The translations under genes and the position numbers were made by a program. A stretch of DNA of 63,981 nucleotides, the filler included, from Lenisia limosa (Eukaryota; Protista; Breviatea), in the NCBI GenBank assembly GCA_001655205.1. It is 14 parts of 14 records of this genome, joined end to end, with 100 filler letters (N's around TTAATTAATTAA, not from the genome) between each part and the next. Parts side by side here need not be neighbours in the genome. Positions count along the whole stretch, not along the records: positions 43,098 to 55,165 come from LPNZ01001958.1; positions 55,266 to 56,736 come from LPNZ01011074.1; positions 56,837 to 61,265 come from LPNZ01003035.1; positions 61,366 to 62,850 come from LPNZ01006813.1; 10 more parts are not named here. One strand, 5' to 3'. Under the pieces are notes generated by a model that had not been told where the DNA came from, made no database searches, and saw nothing but the letters and a program-made list of their open reading frames with translations. Shown here piece by piece: positions 49,501-62,850 of this stretch (position 1 is the stretch's first letter; each line of letters begins with the position of its first letter).

Positions 49501-52500
49501 TACTAGGGTGGCAAAAGCTTCGGTGGAAACTGGGGGGAAGGGGGTGAAACGAAAATTTCAAGGAACGCGAGAAAAAAAAAAAAAAAATGAGTAAAAAACG
49601 TTTGAAAATTAAAACAATTGAGATTAAAAGAACACCACAACTCCCACTTTCAAGAGCGGTAGTGTTCTGAGCCTTAACAGCAACCGTGGCCGTAGCAAGG
49701 ATGGCAGCAAAGGCAGTGCTTAGGGGGGGCTTTGCTATGGCGTATGCCTTGATCACTCCTGACATGTAAAGTGGCAGATAGTCAAGAATGTCGAACAATT
49801 GTCAGAAGGGAAGAGAGGACATATGCTGTAATACAGGCCTTTCAACTCACCAGCAACCGCAACGAGGCCTTCAAAAGAAAGCGGACTTGCCAAAAGGGGA
49901 AGAGCCAATGGTAGCAAGTTGCCTAAAGCGGAACTTGCCTTTTTGAGGTTTGCTGAGAGGGCCGAAGATATTTTGCTCAGTTTAGAGCCAGCCTAAATAT
50001 ATGAAAACCAGGACTGGCATCATGTCTGAACGAAGCAATGTCGATAACAATATCGGCATCTTCACATTTATTTGTGCTGACACTTAGTAATGCAATATCG
50101 ATCTTTTTCGGACAATTGCTTTGAAGAACACTCCGCTCCTTTTCAACAGTATCCTGATATTCACTGTTACAATGATGAACCCCCCCCCCNNNNNNNNNNN
50201 NNNNNNNNNNNNNNNNNNNNNNNNNNNNNNNNNNNNNNNNNNNNNNNNNNNNNNNGGCAATTCCACTTCCGACTTCAGAACAGACCGGAAGCACAAGGTC
50301 CTTCAGAAGGCCATTGGTCCGAGTGATGAGAACACTGTCCACGTCATCCGAATTCGGCTCCACCGCTTCGTCTTCCGACTCGACATCCGACATGTCATCG
50401 TCTTCCTCACCCTTCGGCGAGTTGTCCTCCTCTACTGTAGGCTCTTTTGCCGCGTTCTGTTTTGAGACGTTCTTGGAGAGCTTGTTTTGGTTCCAGACTG
50501 CGTGGTGAGAAATAGAGGAAACCATCTTGAATACTTTCCCCAGTATTGTTAGGACTGAAGTGAAGCCATGTGAGACACTCAAGGAAATCAATGTGAGACA
50601 CTCAAGGAAAACAAATTCAGCGATATGCTAAGAAGGAATAAAGACAATACATGCAACGTACTACCCCCACCCCCACCAAGCAGTAAATCTGATGCGGCCT
50701 GGTCCAGACTGTGGCATACCGCCAGCAAGGCACGAGACAAATGGGACGACTCCCCATTTCCGAGGAGAGTGAACAGGGAATCGAGAACGTCGGATGCGTC
50801 ACTGGAGTGGCTGGAGGCTTTGATGACGTTGGCAATGAGGACGTGCAGTGCAGCGGTTGAGGAATTGTCCTATTAAGTGAGTGGGTAATATCAACTCCNN
50901 NNNNNNNNNNNNNNNNNNNNNNNNNNNNNNNNNNNNNNNNNNNNNNNNNNNNNNNNNNNNNNNNNNNNNNNNNNNNNNNNNNNNNTTGTAGGCTTAAAAC
51001 TTCCATCAAAAGGGAATCTCACCATGCACGATACGGAGATGAGGGGAGAGATGATAGTTTTGAGGGACACGCACACATCTGGCTTATTGGAGACCTAGTA
51101 GTAAGATGAGACGTTCCAACAAATTCCGAGGAAGTTTAGTTGGTAAATGGGGAAGGTGTTTAAAATTTAGCATACCAAGTTTGCCATGAGGGTGAGGGCA
51201 GAAGGAAGTACGGTGAAATCTAAACAATCAATGCGGGGTGTTCTGGATGAATGCTATGACACTTGTTGCAGCATGTTTTTGTACAGAGTTGTAAAGCAAA
51301 TGATTGGGTGAATTAATTATACTATAATCCAATATCTCTTATAAGCGTGATGGTGTGAACGGTTTCGGCCAGATACAACCTTGTTCTTTATTTCTCATTG
51401 CTATATGATTATTTTAAATTATACGCTAACACACACAACTTGGCTACAGATCCTCGAATTTCAGAAGCAATATAACATTCACTCGACCAATTTGTAACTC
51501 CCACCGTTAGTGGAGAACGCGACAAGGCACAGGCCAGCCACAACAGTCAGAAGGGAGGCGGCTTTGTCCGTTTTCGAGATCAGAGTAGGAGGGAGAGTGG
51601 AGAGAACCTTGACCAGTTCCATGGCTTGGTTGAATCTAAGGGGGTCAGGAGCAGCTAGTTTGGTGAGTAGAACAGGAGTGAACGTGTGAGTGTCTGTGGG
51701 TGCATGAACCTTAAAAAAAAGTCCAACATTGAGGAAGGAGGAATCATAAAAACTCAACAACTTATTATTATTATGTTTGGGGGGTACACTATTGTTCAAA
51801 TGTGGAAGGGCATCCCACCTTTCCGTGGCTTTGGAAGACGAGAGAGCCTTACGAGAATACGCCATAATCGCCTCTGGCTCTGACAAATAAGAGGACACAA
51901 AAACCAAGCACTAAAATGAACAGGAATATTTCATGAAACCCCCCCCCCCCCCCCNNNNNNNNNNNNNNNNNNNNNNNNNNNNNNNNNNNNNNNNNNNNNN
52001 NNNNNNNNTGTCTTCTCCAGTTTGTCAGAGAGGTGCTCCAAGACTTCCCCTGAGATTCAATGAATAACCCAGAATGGGGCGGAATAACGATGTCACAAAT
52101 ATTGCAAGTCGAATAATCGCAACTACCCCTCCCAACCGGTGAGAACGGAATTGTTCTGGACATGGGGGTACGCCAGGGCAACACGAGCCACGTTGGCTGC
52201 AGTCTGGCCGCCTGTCACAGCCTTAGCCAAGCCGGCTCCCAAGAGACTGATAACCGCCGGGGATAGATAGTGTCTGGGGGGGGGGGGATAAGGATGGAAA
52301 TGCTGCAACAAAACAAACGCCAAAACTCCAAGGGACTTTTACTGAGGGAAGGGGTAAACCCGCTAACACCAATACACTTATCAAGGAGAATGATTAACAC
52401 AAACGGAATATCACTATCCCAGCAAAAATGGGCAGAAGTCGGAAATAATTATGGGTAGAAATGGGAACCAATATTATGGGTAGAAGACGGAAATAAAAGT

Positions 52501-55060
52501 TTATTGAGCCACACCATATGAGATAATAATGACAGCAGAATAGTAATTAATAAAGCCTACTGGAGGATCGAGAACCTGCTGGATATGGCCTCTAAAAGGG
52601 CCGAAGCGTGGTCGACTGGGGGGGGGGGGGNNNNNNNNNNNNNNNNNNNNNNNNNNNNNNNNNNNNNNNNNNNNNNNNNNNNNNNNNNNNNNNNNNNNNN
52701 NNNNCACAAGAGGGTTGAGAAAGAAACAAACAAAGCCCAGGCCAGCTATGCAATTGAGGGACACGGGATACCGGAGACAATGATAACACATCACACCCAG
52801 GCCAACCGTCGTTATCAAGAAGGTTGTCGAGGGACGCAATGGCCTGGCTGAACGCCTTGATAGCGGCCTTGGCAGGCTTGGACGAACTGTCCGGGCGAGG
52901 CGCAAGATCGCCAGCACAGAGATGCCTGCGTGGTAATGCGAGGGAGATAGTTCAATGATAATCGAAGGATTACCTGTCCAGTTTATGAGAAATATATAGC
53001 AAATGAGAAATATAAAATAAGGTTGTACCTGGCCGAAGCCGTCCAACATTCACGCTTTTAAGAGATATTATTAATTCCAGTTGATGATGATAAACAATTT
53101 CTTTCAACAAACCCCCCCACAAATAAGCGACAAGAGTGTCTTTGCTTTCTGAGAACTTAGCAACGGAGCGAACAGTCATTTCTGAGCTGAGCGCTGAGTA
53201 GGCTTTCGATACTCTAAACAGTCAATGAAAGGGGGTCATGGTCAGTTTCCAATGAGGCCCTTTCTGTCTTACACAATAAACACCATATATGATATATGAT
53301 AAAACGAAGTAGCGAATAAATCTGCGCTTCATATCACAGACGATTCCAGCTGGAATCGCACCATTTCACCTTATCACTACCCCCCCCCCCACCNNNNNNN
53401 NNNNNNNNNNNNNNNNNNNNNNNNNNNNNNNNNNNNNNNNNNNNNNNNNNNNNNNNNNNNNNNNNNNNNNNAGTGGCGAAGGCCGAAGCACTTGCCACCT
53501 AAAATGTGACAAGGATTTGTGCTGAAAAAATCCATGTTTTGAAGTGCATTTTAACACTGATAGTTTGTAAGAGCTTTGGGCAATTTGACGCCAAAAAGAG
53601 CAAATTTAAGATTGCATTCAACTGGAAAAAAAGATCTAGACAAAGTCATATAAATCACATAATATATATATGTATGACTGTAAAAGCCCGAATATAAGCA
53701 ACCATTTCCTCGTTATTAGTTGCTTATATTATAATATATGATATCTATAGTATGTATTACAAAGTATGAAAAACAATTAATCGTGAAAAAGAATACAACT
53801 CGAGGCCAATTATCTGCAACACCCACCTTATCATCCACTCCAGGCCAATTGTCCGCACGTAACGCGCGCCACGCCAAAAGACGCAGGTCCATCCAGAGGC
53901 TGAGGCCGGCTGTAATTGTCTTCGCCTGTACAGTTAGTGTTCCGTTCTGCTCCCAAGCTGCCGTGGGTATATGAGGGCTTCCTTTTCAGCTCAAAAAATA
54001 CGTACAACATCGACATTCAATCTTGAATTTATCGATATTCAGTCTTGAATTGACACCGAAGTGTCTCATAGGAATTCCCGTAGAATATGATACTATGTAG
54101 ATAAAATACCCTAGCTATATACCCTTTACTGTGTCTACTATGAATAGTACATCGCCCCCCCCCCCCTTNNNNNNNNNNNNNNNNNNNNNNNNNNNNNNNN
54201 NNNNNNNNNNNNNNNNNNNNNNNNNNNNNNNNNNNNNNNTTAAGGACCGAGGAGAAGAGATGCGTGGCGATGGGGGCGATGATGGGCGTGTTGGAGGGGG
54301 TGAGCTGCCATGTTAGTTAGGATGGGTGATGAAGCAAAAAAACCAGGTCATGATGGGTGTGGTGGAGAGAGTGGTGGTGTTATGGGGGATGGGGGTGTAG
54401 TGGAAGGATTGTTGAGAAGTTAAGTTGCAACTGTTTGCCAGAACAGTTGGGTCCCACCTTGAGGCCTTGGTAGAAGAGGCCGCAGAGCAGAAGGTGGAAC
54501 TAAAGCGTGAGATGCGTTGATATGAGAAATGGAAAAAGCCTGTCTACGTCCGAACCTCCTTCCCGCCTGAAAAATCCCGATTTTTCCTCAGCAAGGTACC
54601 ATCCCTTCCGCCCACGTCTTGAGTGTCTTCATCGTCAAGCTCAAGGGCCTTGAAGATGGGAGAGACGTCTCGATCCGTCATTTGCTCAGCAGCTGACTTC
54701 ACTCTAGGGGGGGGGGNNNNNNNNNNNNNNNNNNNNNNNNNNNNNNNNNNNNNNNNNNNNNNNNNNNNNNNNNNNNNNNNNNNNNNNNNNNNNNNNNNNN
54801 NNNNNNNNNNNNNNNNNNNNNNNNNNNNNNNNNNNNNNNNNNNNNNNNNNNNNNNNNNNNNNNNNNNNNNNNNNNNNNNNNNNNNNNNNNNNNNNNNNNN
54901 NNNNNNNNNNNNNNNNNNNNNNNNNNNNNNNNNNNNNNNNNNNNNNNNNNNNTCTGCACTGAAAAAGCTGGGTAGCAGGGATTCTGACAGGAAAGTGGGG
55001 ATACGGTGCAATACGGAAACGACTGATAGAGCCTCGATAAAGAGAGCCTGACTGGTCAGA
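46509..55060 (-). CDS. URB2: URB2/Npa2-like ribosome biogenesis protein (large helical; 5' partial)
   Basis: About 30 helical exons. The C-terminus ..CARDISR..LMADYIAAA..VLVKPAMALLATLSDQDRIALSKSL..LRPALKALYAKWQTDVKYTGKA* fits the Urb2 C-terminal domain (FKxLYxDYxxxxKYxG), from recall. Confidence 0.75.
49081..49299 (-). repeat. Family A dispersed intronic repeat (candidate GC-AG introner), reference copy
   Basis: Consensus CTGG|GCTTTGTTTGTTTT..TCAACCCTTGTGT..CAGCCAACAGAGTTGATTTGGG..TTTCATAAATTTTCCAATTTT. Other copies: 23812-23911(-), 24048-24089(-), 27140-27169(-), 28065-28140(+), 42538-42615(+), 52705-52740(-), 61229-61265(+), 63704-63866(+). Confidence 0.85.
51282..51403 (+). repeat. Family B dispersed ~120-bp intronic repeat, reference copy
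   Basis: TACAGAGTTGTAA(G/A)GCAAATGATTGGGTG..AATCCAATATCTCTTA..GCGTGATGGTGTG..GGYTTCGGCCAGATACAACCTTG..TTTATTTCTCATTGCTA. Other copies: 11156-11279(+), 12823-12925(+), 30093-30217(-), 30811-30859(-), 52997-53075(-), 57194-57220(+, partial). Confidence 0.85.
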
Positions 55061-55624
55061 GTAGTGGAAAAACAATATTGTTCCATCCATCCATCCATTT
55101 TTTTTTTTTTTTGTTATTTCATATATATCCTCTCATTAATACGTAGAAGTCTCCGAGACTCAGGGNNNNNNNNNNNNNNNNNNNNNNNNNNNNNNNNNNN
55201 NNNNNNNNNTTAATTAATTAANNNNNNNNNNNNNNNNNNNNNNNNNNNNNNNNNNNNNNNNNNNNATCCCATCACTCCTGCGTGACTTACGGATATGTTA
55301 ATTAAATTGTTTCTTATGATCAAAGAATACCCACTTGATTGGTCCGGAAGCGGAGGAGGTTTGCGACCCTCCTGCATAGGGTCTGGAAGGCCCTACTGCA
55401 GGTCTGCGGGGGGCATGGGCCTGAACCGTCATGCACACACCAAGGAATTTCCAAGGATAAGTGCTAACAACTGTGATTAACAATCCCAAGAACACCCCCT
55501 ACAGGCGGTCGGGGCCTGGACNNNNNNNNNNNNNNNNNNNNNNNNNNNNNNNNNNNNNNNNNNNNNNNNNNNNNNNNNNNNNNNNNNNNNNNNNNNNNNN
55601 NNNNNNNTACTAAATACGGTCAGT

Positions 55625-56672
55625 TTATCTCCAAATATGGTATTTTCCTTTCCTCATGTATTCCAATCTCCCATACTCGTACAGCTCCTTCTGGGCCTTA
55701 CGTACATCAAGAGCTCTTTCACGTGCACGTCTACGTGCCTTTTTTGCGTTACGACTAAACAATCAAGCAAGTTATCAAATCAAGAAGAGGGCTGAATAAA
55801 AAACAACATACATATACTGTGACCAAATACCAAAAATGTCTTGACACCACTTACCTGCGCATAATTCTCATATAGAGCAGAATGAAGAAAGCAAGGAAGC
55901 CCCACCAATAGGTGACAACATATGGTCGAAGCTTTTCGTAGTTACTGAGGTGTGAGAAAAGTATCACAGAAACTAAGATCAATTCCTTCACCCTACCTGA
56001 GAAGTAATTCTTGAACCTGCTTCAAAAAGGCGTTTTTGTTGCCCACTGTCACTAAAAACACCGCGCCTGTCTCAACACCTCCAAACGTTAATCATTTCAT
56101 GCACTGAAGGGAAGGAGCATAACACATAAACACGAGCTCACCTGAAGCGCTTGTAATGGTTAAGACAACCTCCTCGTTGTCATCAACTTCATCTGTCATT
56201 TCGGTTTGGTAGCACTCGGCGTGGGTGTCATTCAGGATTTTCTGCCAAGTTAACGCATTGCATCCAAACAAGGTTAACATAAAAATCTTCAGAAAGATAA
56301 CCTTCCCCACATCCCCCAAGCCCCCACAAAGCTGTTGCAAGCCCCACAAAGCTGTTACAAGCACCCACAAAGCTGTTGCAAGCCCCCAACAAAGCTGTTA
56401 CAAGCACCCACAAAGCTGTTGCAGGCACCACCCGCAGTTGAGACGCTCTGCACCTTGTCCAGATTAACACCGTTGAGAGTTAGTGTGTATCCTCCAGCAG
56501 CCGCACCTGGGTGGTAAAATTGACGAAATATTCCAGCAGCCGTAGTCACTTGAAGCCACATACCCTCAGAAGGAGCAACTGCTCTGATGGCGGCAAAAGA
56601 AGAATCGCTGACTGCGGTGCGGCAGAAGCTGGCAGGGCTCGGGCACTTGATTGAGCCGACAAAGCCGCTTGC
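55625..56672 (-). CDS. C-terminal fragment of a membrane-anchored protein, possibly leishmanolysin (M8)-like
   Basis: Exon SGFVGSIKCPSPASFCRTAV resembles the 'GxIxCPxxxxxC' end of M8 peptidases; later TM YVVTYWWGFLAFFILLYMRIM and basic tail RNAKKARRRARERA..*. The catalytic HEXXH is not in the contig. Confidence 0.4.
56322..56425 (+). repeat. ~21-bp tandem repeat x5 (intronic)
   Basis: CCCACAAAGCTGTT(G/A)CAAGC(A/C) unit; it generates the spurious periodic ORFs at 56225-56561. Confidence 0.9.
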
Positions 56673-56679
56673 TGTGATC

Positions 56680-56736
56680 TATGGGGGTGTGTGACAGACA
56701 TCTATAGGGGGGTGTGACAGATATCCATGGGGGTGT
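56680..56736 (+). repeat. ~24-bp tandem repeat, about 2.5 copies, just upstream of a - strand acceptor
   Basis: CTATGGGGGTGTGTGACAGACAT-like unit. Confidence 0.75.
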
Positions 56737-57269
56737 NNNNNNNNNNNNNNNNNNNNNNNNNNNNNNNNNNNNNNNNNNNNTTAATTAATTAANNNNNNNN
56801 NNNNNNNNNNNNNNNNNNNNNNNNNNNNNNNNNNNNATCATGTTGGACGTGGGGAGTTACATACACGGTTTTAGTCCTGACATGATCACTTAAGACAAAG
56901 CTCAACATCCGTGAAATTTAGTCTTTAATATTCATCATCCAGGATCTCCACCATCGACTCAATGTGGTCAATCAGACCGTTATGGTGGGATCGGGGATGA
57001 AAACATTTTTAACAAGGAAATTAATGTGCAATTTCACCAATTGTCACAAAATAATTCACGTAATTCAACCAAAAGTCCCATATGGTATAATATAGCAAAT
57101 GGTATACTATACATAATTACATGTTGATATATGGTACGTATCACGTTCTATCATGCAACAATACTCATACTCACGCCAAAGATGTCCACACAAATTTGTA
57201 GGCAAATGATTGTGGGCAATAATATTTTACAATAANNNNNNNNNNNNNNNNNNNNNNNTTCACGCTATG

Positions 57270-57950
57270 ATCCCAGCATATATTCACGCAAAATCTGATG
57301 GCGTAGACGCATCAAAAAGAAGTCAATTTTCCTCAATAAAATAATTAATGTTACATTACATCATACGTTCACACAATAATACCAATATAACTCATAAAAC
57401 ATCACCAATTATCATTTAAAATAACTAGGGCTTCCCTGTGGTCCGATTAAGACCGTTACAGTGTCGATATTTATCGAGGATTTATCGAGATATTCAGTCT
57501 TTTTTGGAACCGTTGAGAAACACTAAAGATATATTATATGTACAACCCATGCTTCACGCAATATTGCCTGTTTTCACCCAATAAAACACAGTATATACGC
57601 AACATCTGATTGCGTAGACGCAGCAAAAAGAGGTCAATTCCGCCGTAATACAGGCCACCCAGGCCGTGGCTCAGGCAAATGGTTTGGGGGGTATATTTGG
57701 GGGTGTATAAATAATGGTATTGGGGAATTTGATGTTTTTCAGAAATGCACATTATTACTCTGAGGATTTCTATACGTTCATTCTCACTCTGAAAAGAGTA
57801 TTTTGTAATATTCCCTTTACTCTTCTTGAAGAGTTTCAATTCACTACTATTCACATCGCTCTTCTTCTCAGGCCGAACACAAATGGACAACACCTCTACC
57901 GAGTCTAATTTGCGTGCAATGGCAAGGAGAATAGGTGAGCGAACAGGTTT
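57270..57950 (-). CDS. Uncharacterised coding region containing an internal duplication
   Basis: Open frame SPILLAIARKLDSVEVLSICVRPEKKSD..EILRVIMCISEKHQIPQY..; IDLFLLRLRNQMLR repeated downstream as IDFFLMRLRHQILR. Confidence 0.3.
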
Positions 57951-57957
57951 ATATTAT

Positions 57958-58052
57958 TAGGGCTCCGGGAAGTTAATTTTTCGAAGAAATTAATTGCAAA
58001 ATTTGAAGTGGAATAAATTGTAACGAGAACCCCATTTCAGACACTTTAATAT
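57958..58052 (-). repeat. Family E dispersed repeat with TAGGGCTCC terminus
   Basis: AAAGTGTCT.AAATG..GTTCTCGTTA..CTTCAAATT..AATTAATTACACGGAGCCCT shared with 14911-14987(+), 34912-34985(+, partial) and ~41675-41738(+, partial). Confidence 0.6.
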
Positions 58053-58623
58053 CCAATTTTGTCGATATATTCATGGAGGTTATATGATGTTAATTGAGTA
58101 TAATGTAATTTCAAAAAAAGGAGGGGGTAATAGTCAAAGAGGATAGAGAATGAAGGTGGATGGAGGTGAGACATAAAAAAAAGAGAAATAATGACCCTGG
58201 TTTACTTCTCATTCCTACAAATATTTTGATGATCTTATGTAGTGTATCGTGCTGTATTAATTTTGTTGCTACTTTTAAAGGTTTCGATTTAGTTTCTTGG
58301 AAATAATTACGATTTTTTTGTTCTGTAGTTCCACTTACATGTACGTATATTCTTCAACATTTGTATGTACGTTTTCACTCTTTGTCATTTCTCTTTTTTT
58401 CATAATCGTGAAATTGATCCTTTCTTTTGTTATGTATTTCACATTTCTCCCCGTTTTTGATGGCGTTAGCCAGCCAAATAAAACAACTTGTTTTTATATT
58501 TCTCTTTTCTTTGAACTCAAAACACGATCTTTTAACGTTTGCAACAAGATTCTCACATAAAGTGAAGCAGTAAATTTCGAATAGTATATTATAATGGTGC
58601 TAAAGGAATATGGTCAATATTCT

Positions 58624-59750
58624 AGTAGGTGGACATACATAACCTCGGGCACTCACATATAACCTCGGGCACTTTTGAAAATACCCACTTTTGCTAAAAG
58701 AGCCCCTTTTCTCGCCATTTAGCAATAAAACCCCACCAATAAATCTTAAATTGAGAGGGGGGGAGGGGGAGGGATGAAGTGGTTACCATAGTTTGATGTA
58801 GAGTAGATATATTGTAACAGCTATTTTTTGACATTTTTTGTCTTCTGACGATTGATTGCTAAAAATGTTAGTGATCGAAAGCATACAAACTACCTTTTGG
58901 CTTTTGTACTTCAACATTCTTTCTTTCTGTTGATTTCTAAACAGTGATTAGAACAATATAATGTTGAATGAGCTCACCACGACGCTCAGCAAGTTCCATC
59001 TTCGAGCAATACTGACACGACGTTTGGGTCCTTCCTCGAAAGTATTATTGGGGTCCTCTCCAATCAAAGGGCAATCCCACCATGGTAACCTGTCTGGATA
59101 TTTGTTGAAAGTGTCTACCTCATTTTGAGTAATTGCATCCTTCAGACAAGCAATTTCATGCCATGCGGATTTCACCACAACATCGAAACTTTTTGGGTCC
59201 TTTGCATCCTTAATAATCTTAATGAACTTGGGGCAATTCAGGACACAAAAGTAAACTGCTGAGGTTCGATGGCAGATTTGAACGTAGTCTGGGTGAGGCA
59301 AATGTTGAGCACGCTTTTGGGGGTCAATAATAAGAGGGCTATTGCCAGAAGTGATCACCAGACCTGCTCTTGAGAACGCTCCTCTGATCTTGTCCCTTGA
59401 AGTACTCTGATGAAGCCCCTCAAGACATGCTTTTAAGGTGCAGCATCGATTGAAACCCGAATCAGAAATGTTCTCATGCCGTTTCTTCTTCAACATCTGC
59501 TTGAAGCAAACTTTTGCTGATTTCCATCTGAATGCTTCCAACGAATTATTAGATACTAGAAGGTTAAGCACTAAAGGTATCACTCGCACCACCCATCCTA
59601 AACAAGTTCAGCGTCATAGTCTTTAGTAGCCTGAAGCTCTCTCCCTTTGAAGCATTTTGCTTTGAAATGATAATATATGGTCTCAACTTTGACCCATCCG
59701 TCCTAACATATTTTATCACTCTCTCCCCTATATTTTTTTCCCCACACATA
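58624..59750 (-). mobile_element. Degenerate pogo/Fot1-like (DDE_1) transposon end: intronless transposase-like ORF plus a terminus with internal direct repeats
   Basis: 214-codon intron-free ORF 58948-59592 with VCFKQMLKK..LKACLEGLHQSTSRDKIRGAFSRAGL..IIDP (cf. Fot1/pogo 'AWxxAxTxxNIxxGFxxTGIxPxDP'); upstream TDGSKLRPYIII; 3' flank carries ATAACCTCGGGCACT twice (58638-58674). No matching opposite TIR found. Confidence 0.45.
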
Positions 59751-60201
59751 CCTCAGGTCTGGTCGTGAGGTGTAGGGGCGGAATGGGTGATTGAAACTTT
59801 CAGCCAGGCTCGGCAATTAACAATCATTGAGGGAAGCCATGGCTGTCTGTTAGTTCGGCGATAATTCGAAAGAGAAGAGGACTGTTGAACTAAAAACAAG
59901 TTATGATTATTATACACAGCGAACAATATGGACATTTCGATGATGTATTAAAATAATAAGTACAACTCCTGACAATTATTGATGATAATGCTTTAATAAT
60001 TATCATGGGAAAAGGTTCAATTGATGGTAAAAGTGCCATCAATACCCACAATTTTGGTTGCAGCGTTGTTCCGAAGTATTATGGACTAAAACATTCCGAA
60101 ATAGAAAAGTATTCGTCGCAAAGATAGCATTCAGAATATGAATGTTCACCAGACTTTAGATGGTTAAATCGAGGCTGTAAGTTGCAATCATCGTCGGAAG
60201 G

Positions 60202-61228
60202 ATGCAGATGAGCCCTTTAGCGTCACCAAAGAACGGCACTTCGGCTCCGCAGTCTTTGCATACACCATCGCAAACTAGAGCAATGAGCTGTGACGTGTAT
60301 GAAACTACTTTTGACTTTTCGGGTCGTACAGTCTGCTGTGAAAATATAGAGAAAATTAAAGGCCCCAGAGAGTCTCAATTATTGTTCACTTCTTGTTCTC
60401 CAAAATTCGAACTCTATCTGTTATTTTTCCTTGTGTTTTTATAACAAGTGCCCAAATTTAATTTTCTATACGGTTGTTTTTCTTTTCTCATTTCTTCATA
60501 GCGCATAGATGATGTATTCTTATATTATCTCATACACACAAATACACATTAATAAATCAGATCACATAGTGTATCATATAGTATATCGATATGTGATCTT
60601 ATCTTATTTTCTCATATCATATCAAATAGTAATACTATTTTTTCAGATCTAATTATTTTCTCATATCATATAGACGAGTTGGACCAGGACTTAGACGAAT
60701 TCCGCTCAAATGTTGGCCATGATTTCGGTGTTATGCGTTCGGAGGCCGTAGGTAGGCTGGGAGAGGGGAGAGGGGTGGAGGAGGGTTAAGAGACTTAAGG
60801 TGGTTCAGTTTTTTTTTTGGACAAATAAATAATAAAAGTGTGGTAAAAAATTTAAATGAGCCTTTGGGATAATTCATCAGGGTAGTTTTTCGTATGCCCT
60901 CCTGAATAAGTTGTTTATTATTACCCCCCCCCCCAGGAAAAGAGTCACAAATGGAGAGATTGGGGCGAACAGTGGAAGAAATGGAAGATCGTATTCTGAT
61001 TAAGTGAACTTTTTTTGGGTTATTTTTATGTTAGCTTTTTTGTGTAATGCTTATGTAAACTTTTTATTGTGGAATGCTTATGAAGCTTTTAAAGGATATG
61101 GTACGGATGAAGGAGCCTTCATAGTAATATATTATATAATATAACCATATCAATAGCTGTGCTTTTGTTTCGGGGGGGTTTTCTCATAAATTTTCCATTT
61201 TAACGTGAGGTGCTGGCGGCTGGACCAG
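60202..61228 (+). CDS. Uncharacterised gene fragment
   Basis: Candidate exons MSPLASPKNGTSAPQSLHTPSQTRAMSCD|, DELDQDLDEFRSNVGHDFGVMRSEA|, GKESQMERLGRTVEEMED| with + strand pyrimidine-tract acceptors. Confidence 0.3.
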
Positions 61229-61365
61229 GCTTTGTTTGTTTTATTATTATCAACCCTTGTGTGTTNNNNNNNNNNNNNNNNNNNNNNNNNNNNNNNNNNN
61301 NNNNNNNNNTTAATTAATTAANNNNNNNNNNNNNNNNNNNNNNNNNNNNNNNNNNNNNNNNNNNN

Positions 61366-62850
<1,485 letters not shown>

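Noticed and set aside
56225-56561. Periodic ORFs (PQSCCKPHK, GACNSFV repeats)
   Set aside because: Translations of an intronic 21-bp minisatellite.
60030-60330. - strand scraps IVGIDGTF and HVT..ALVCDG resembling MULE/DDE motifs
   Set aside because: Short, in different frames with stops; the + strand has a plausible exon over part of it.
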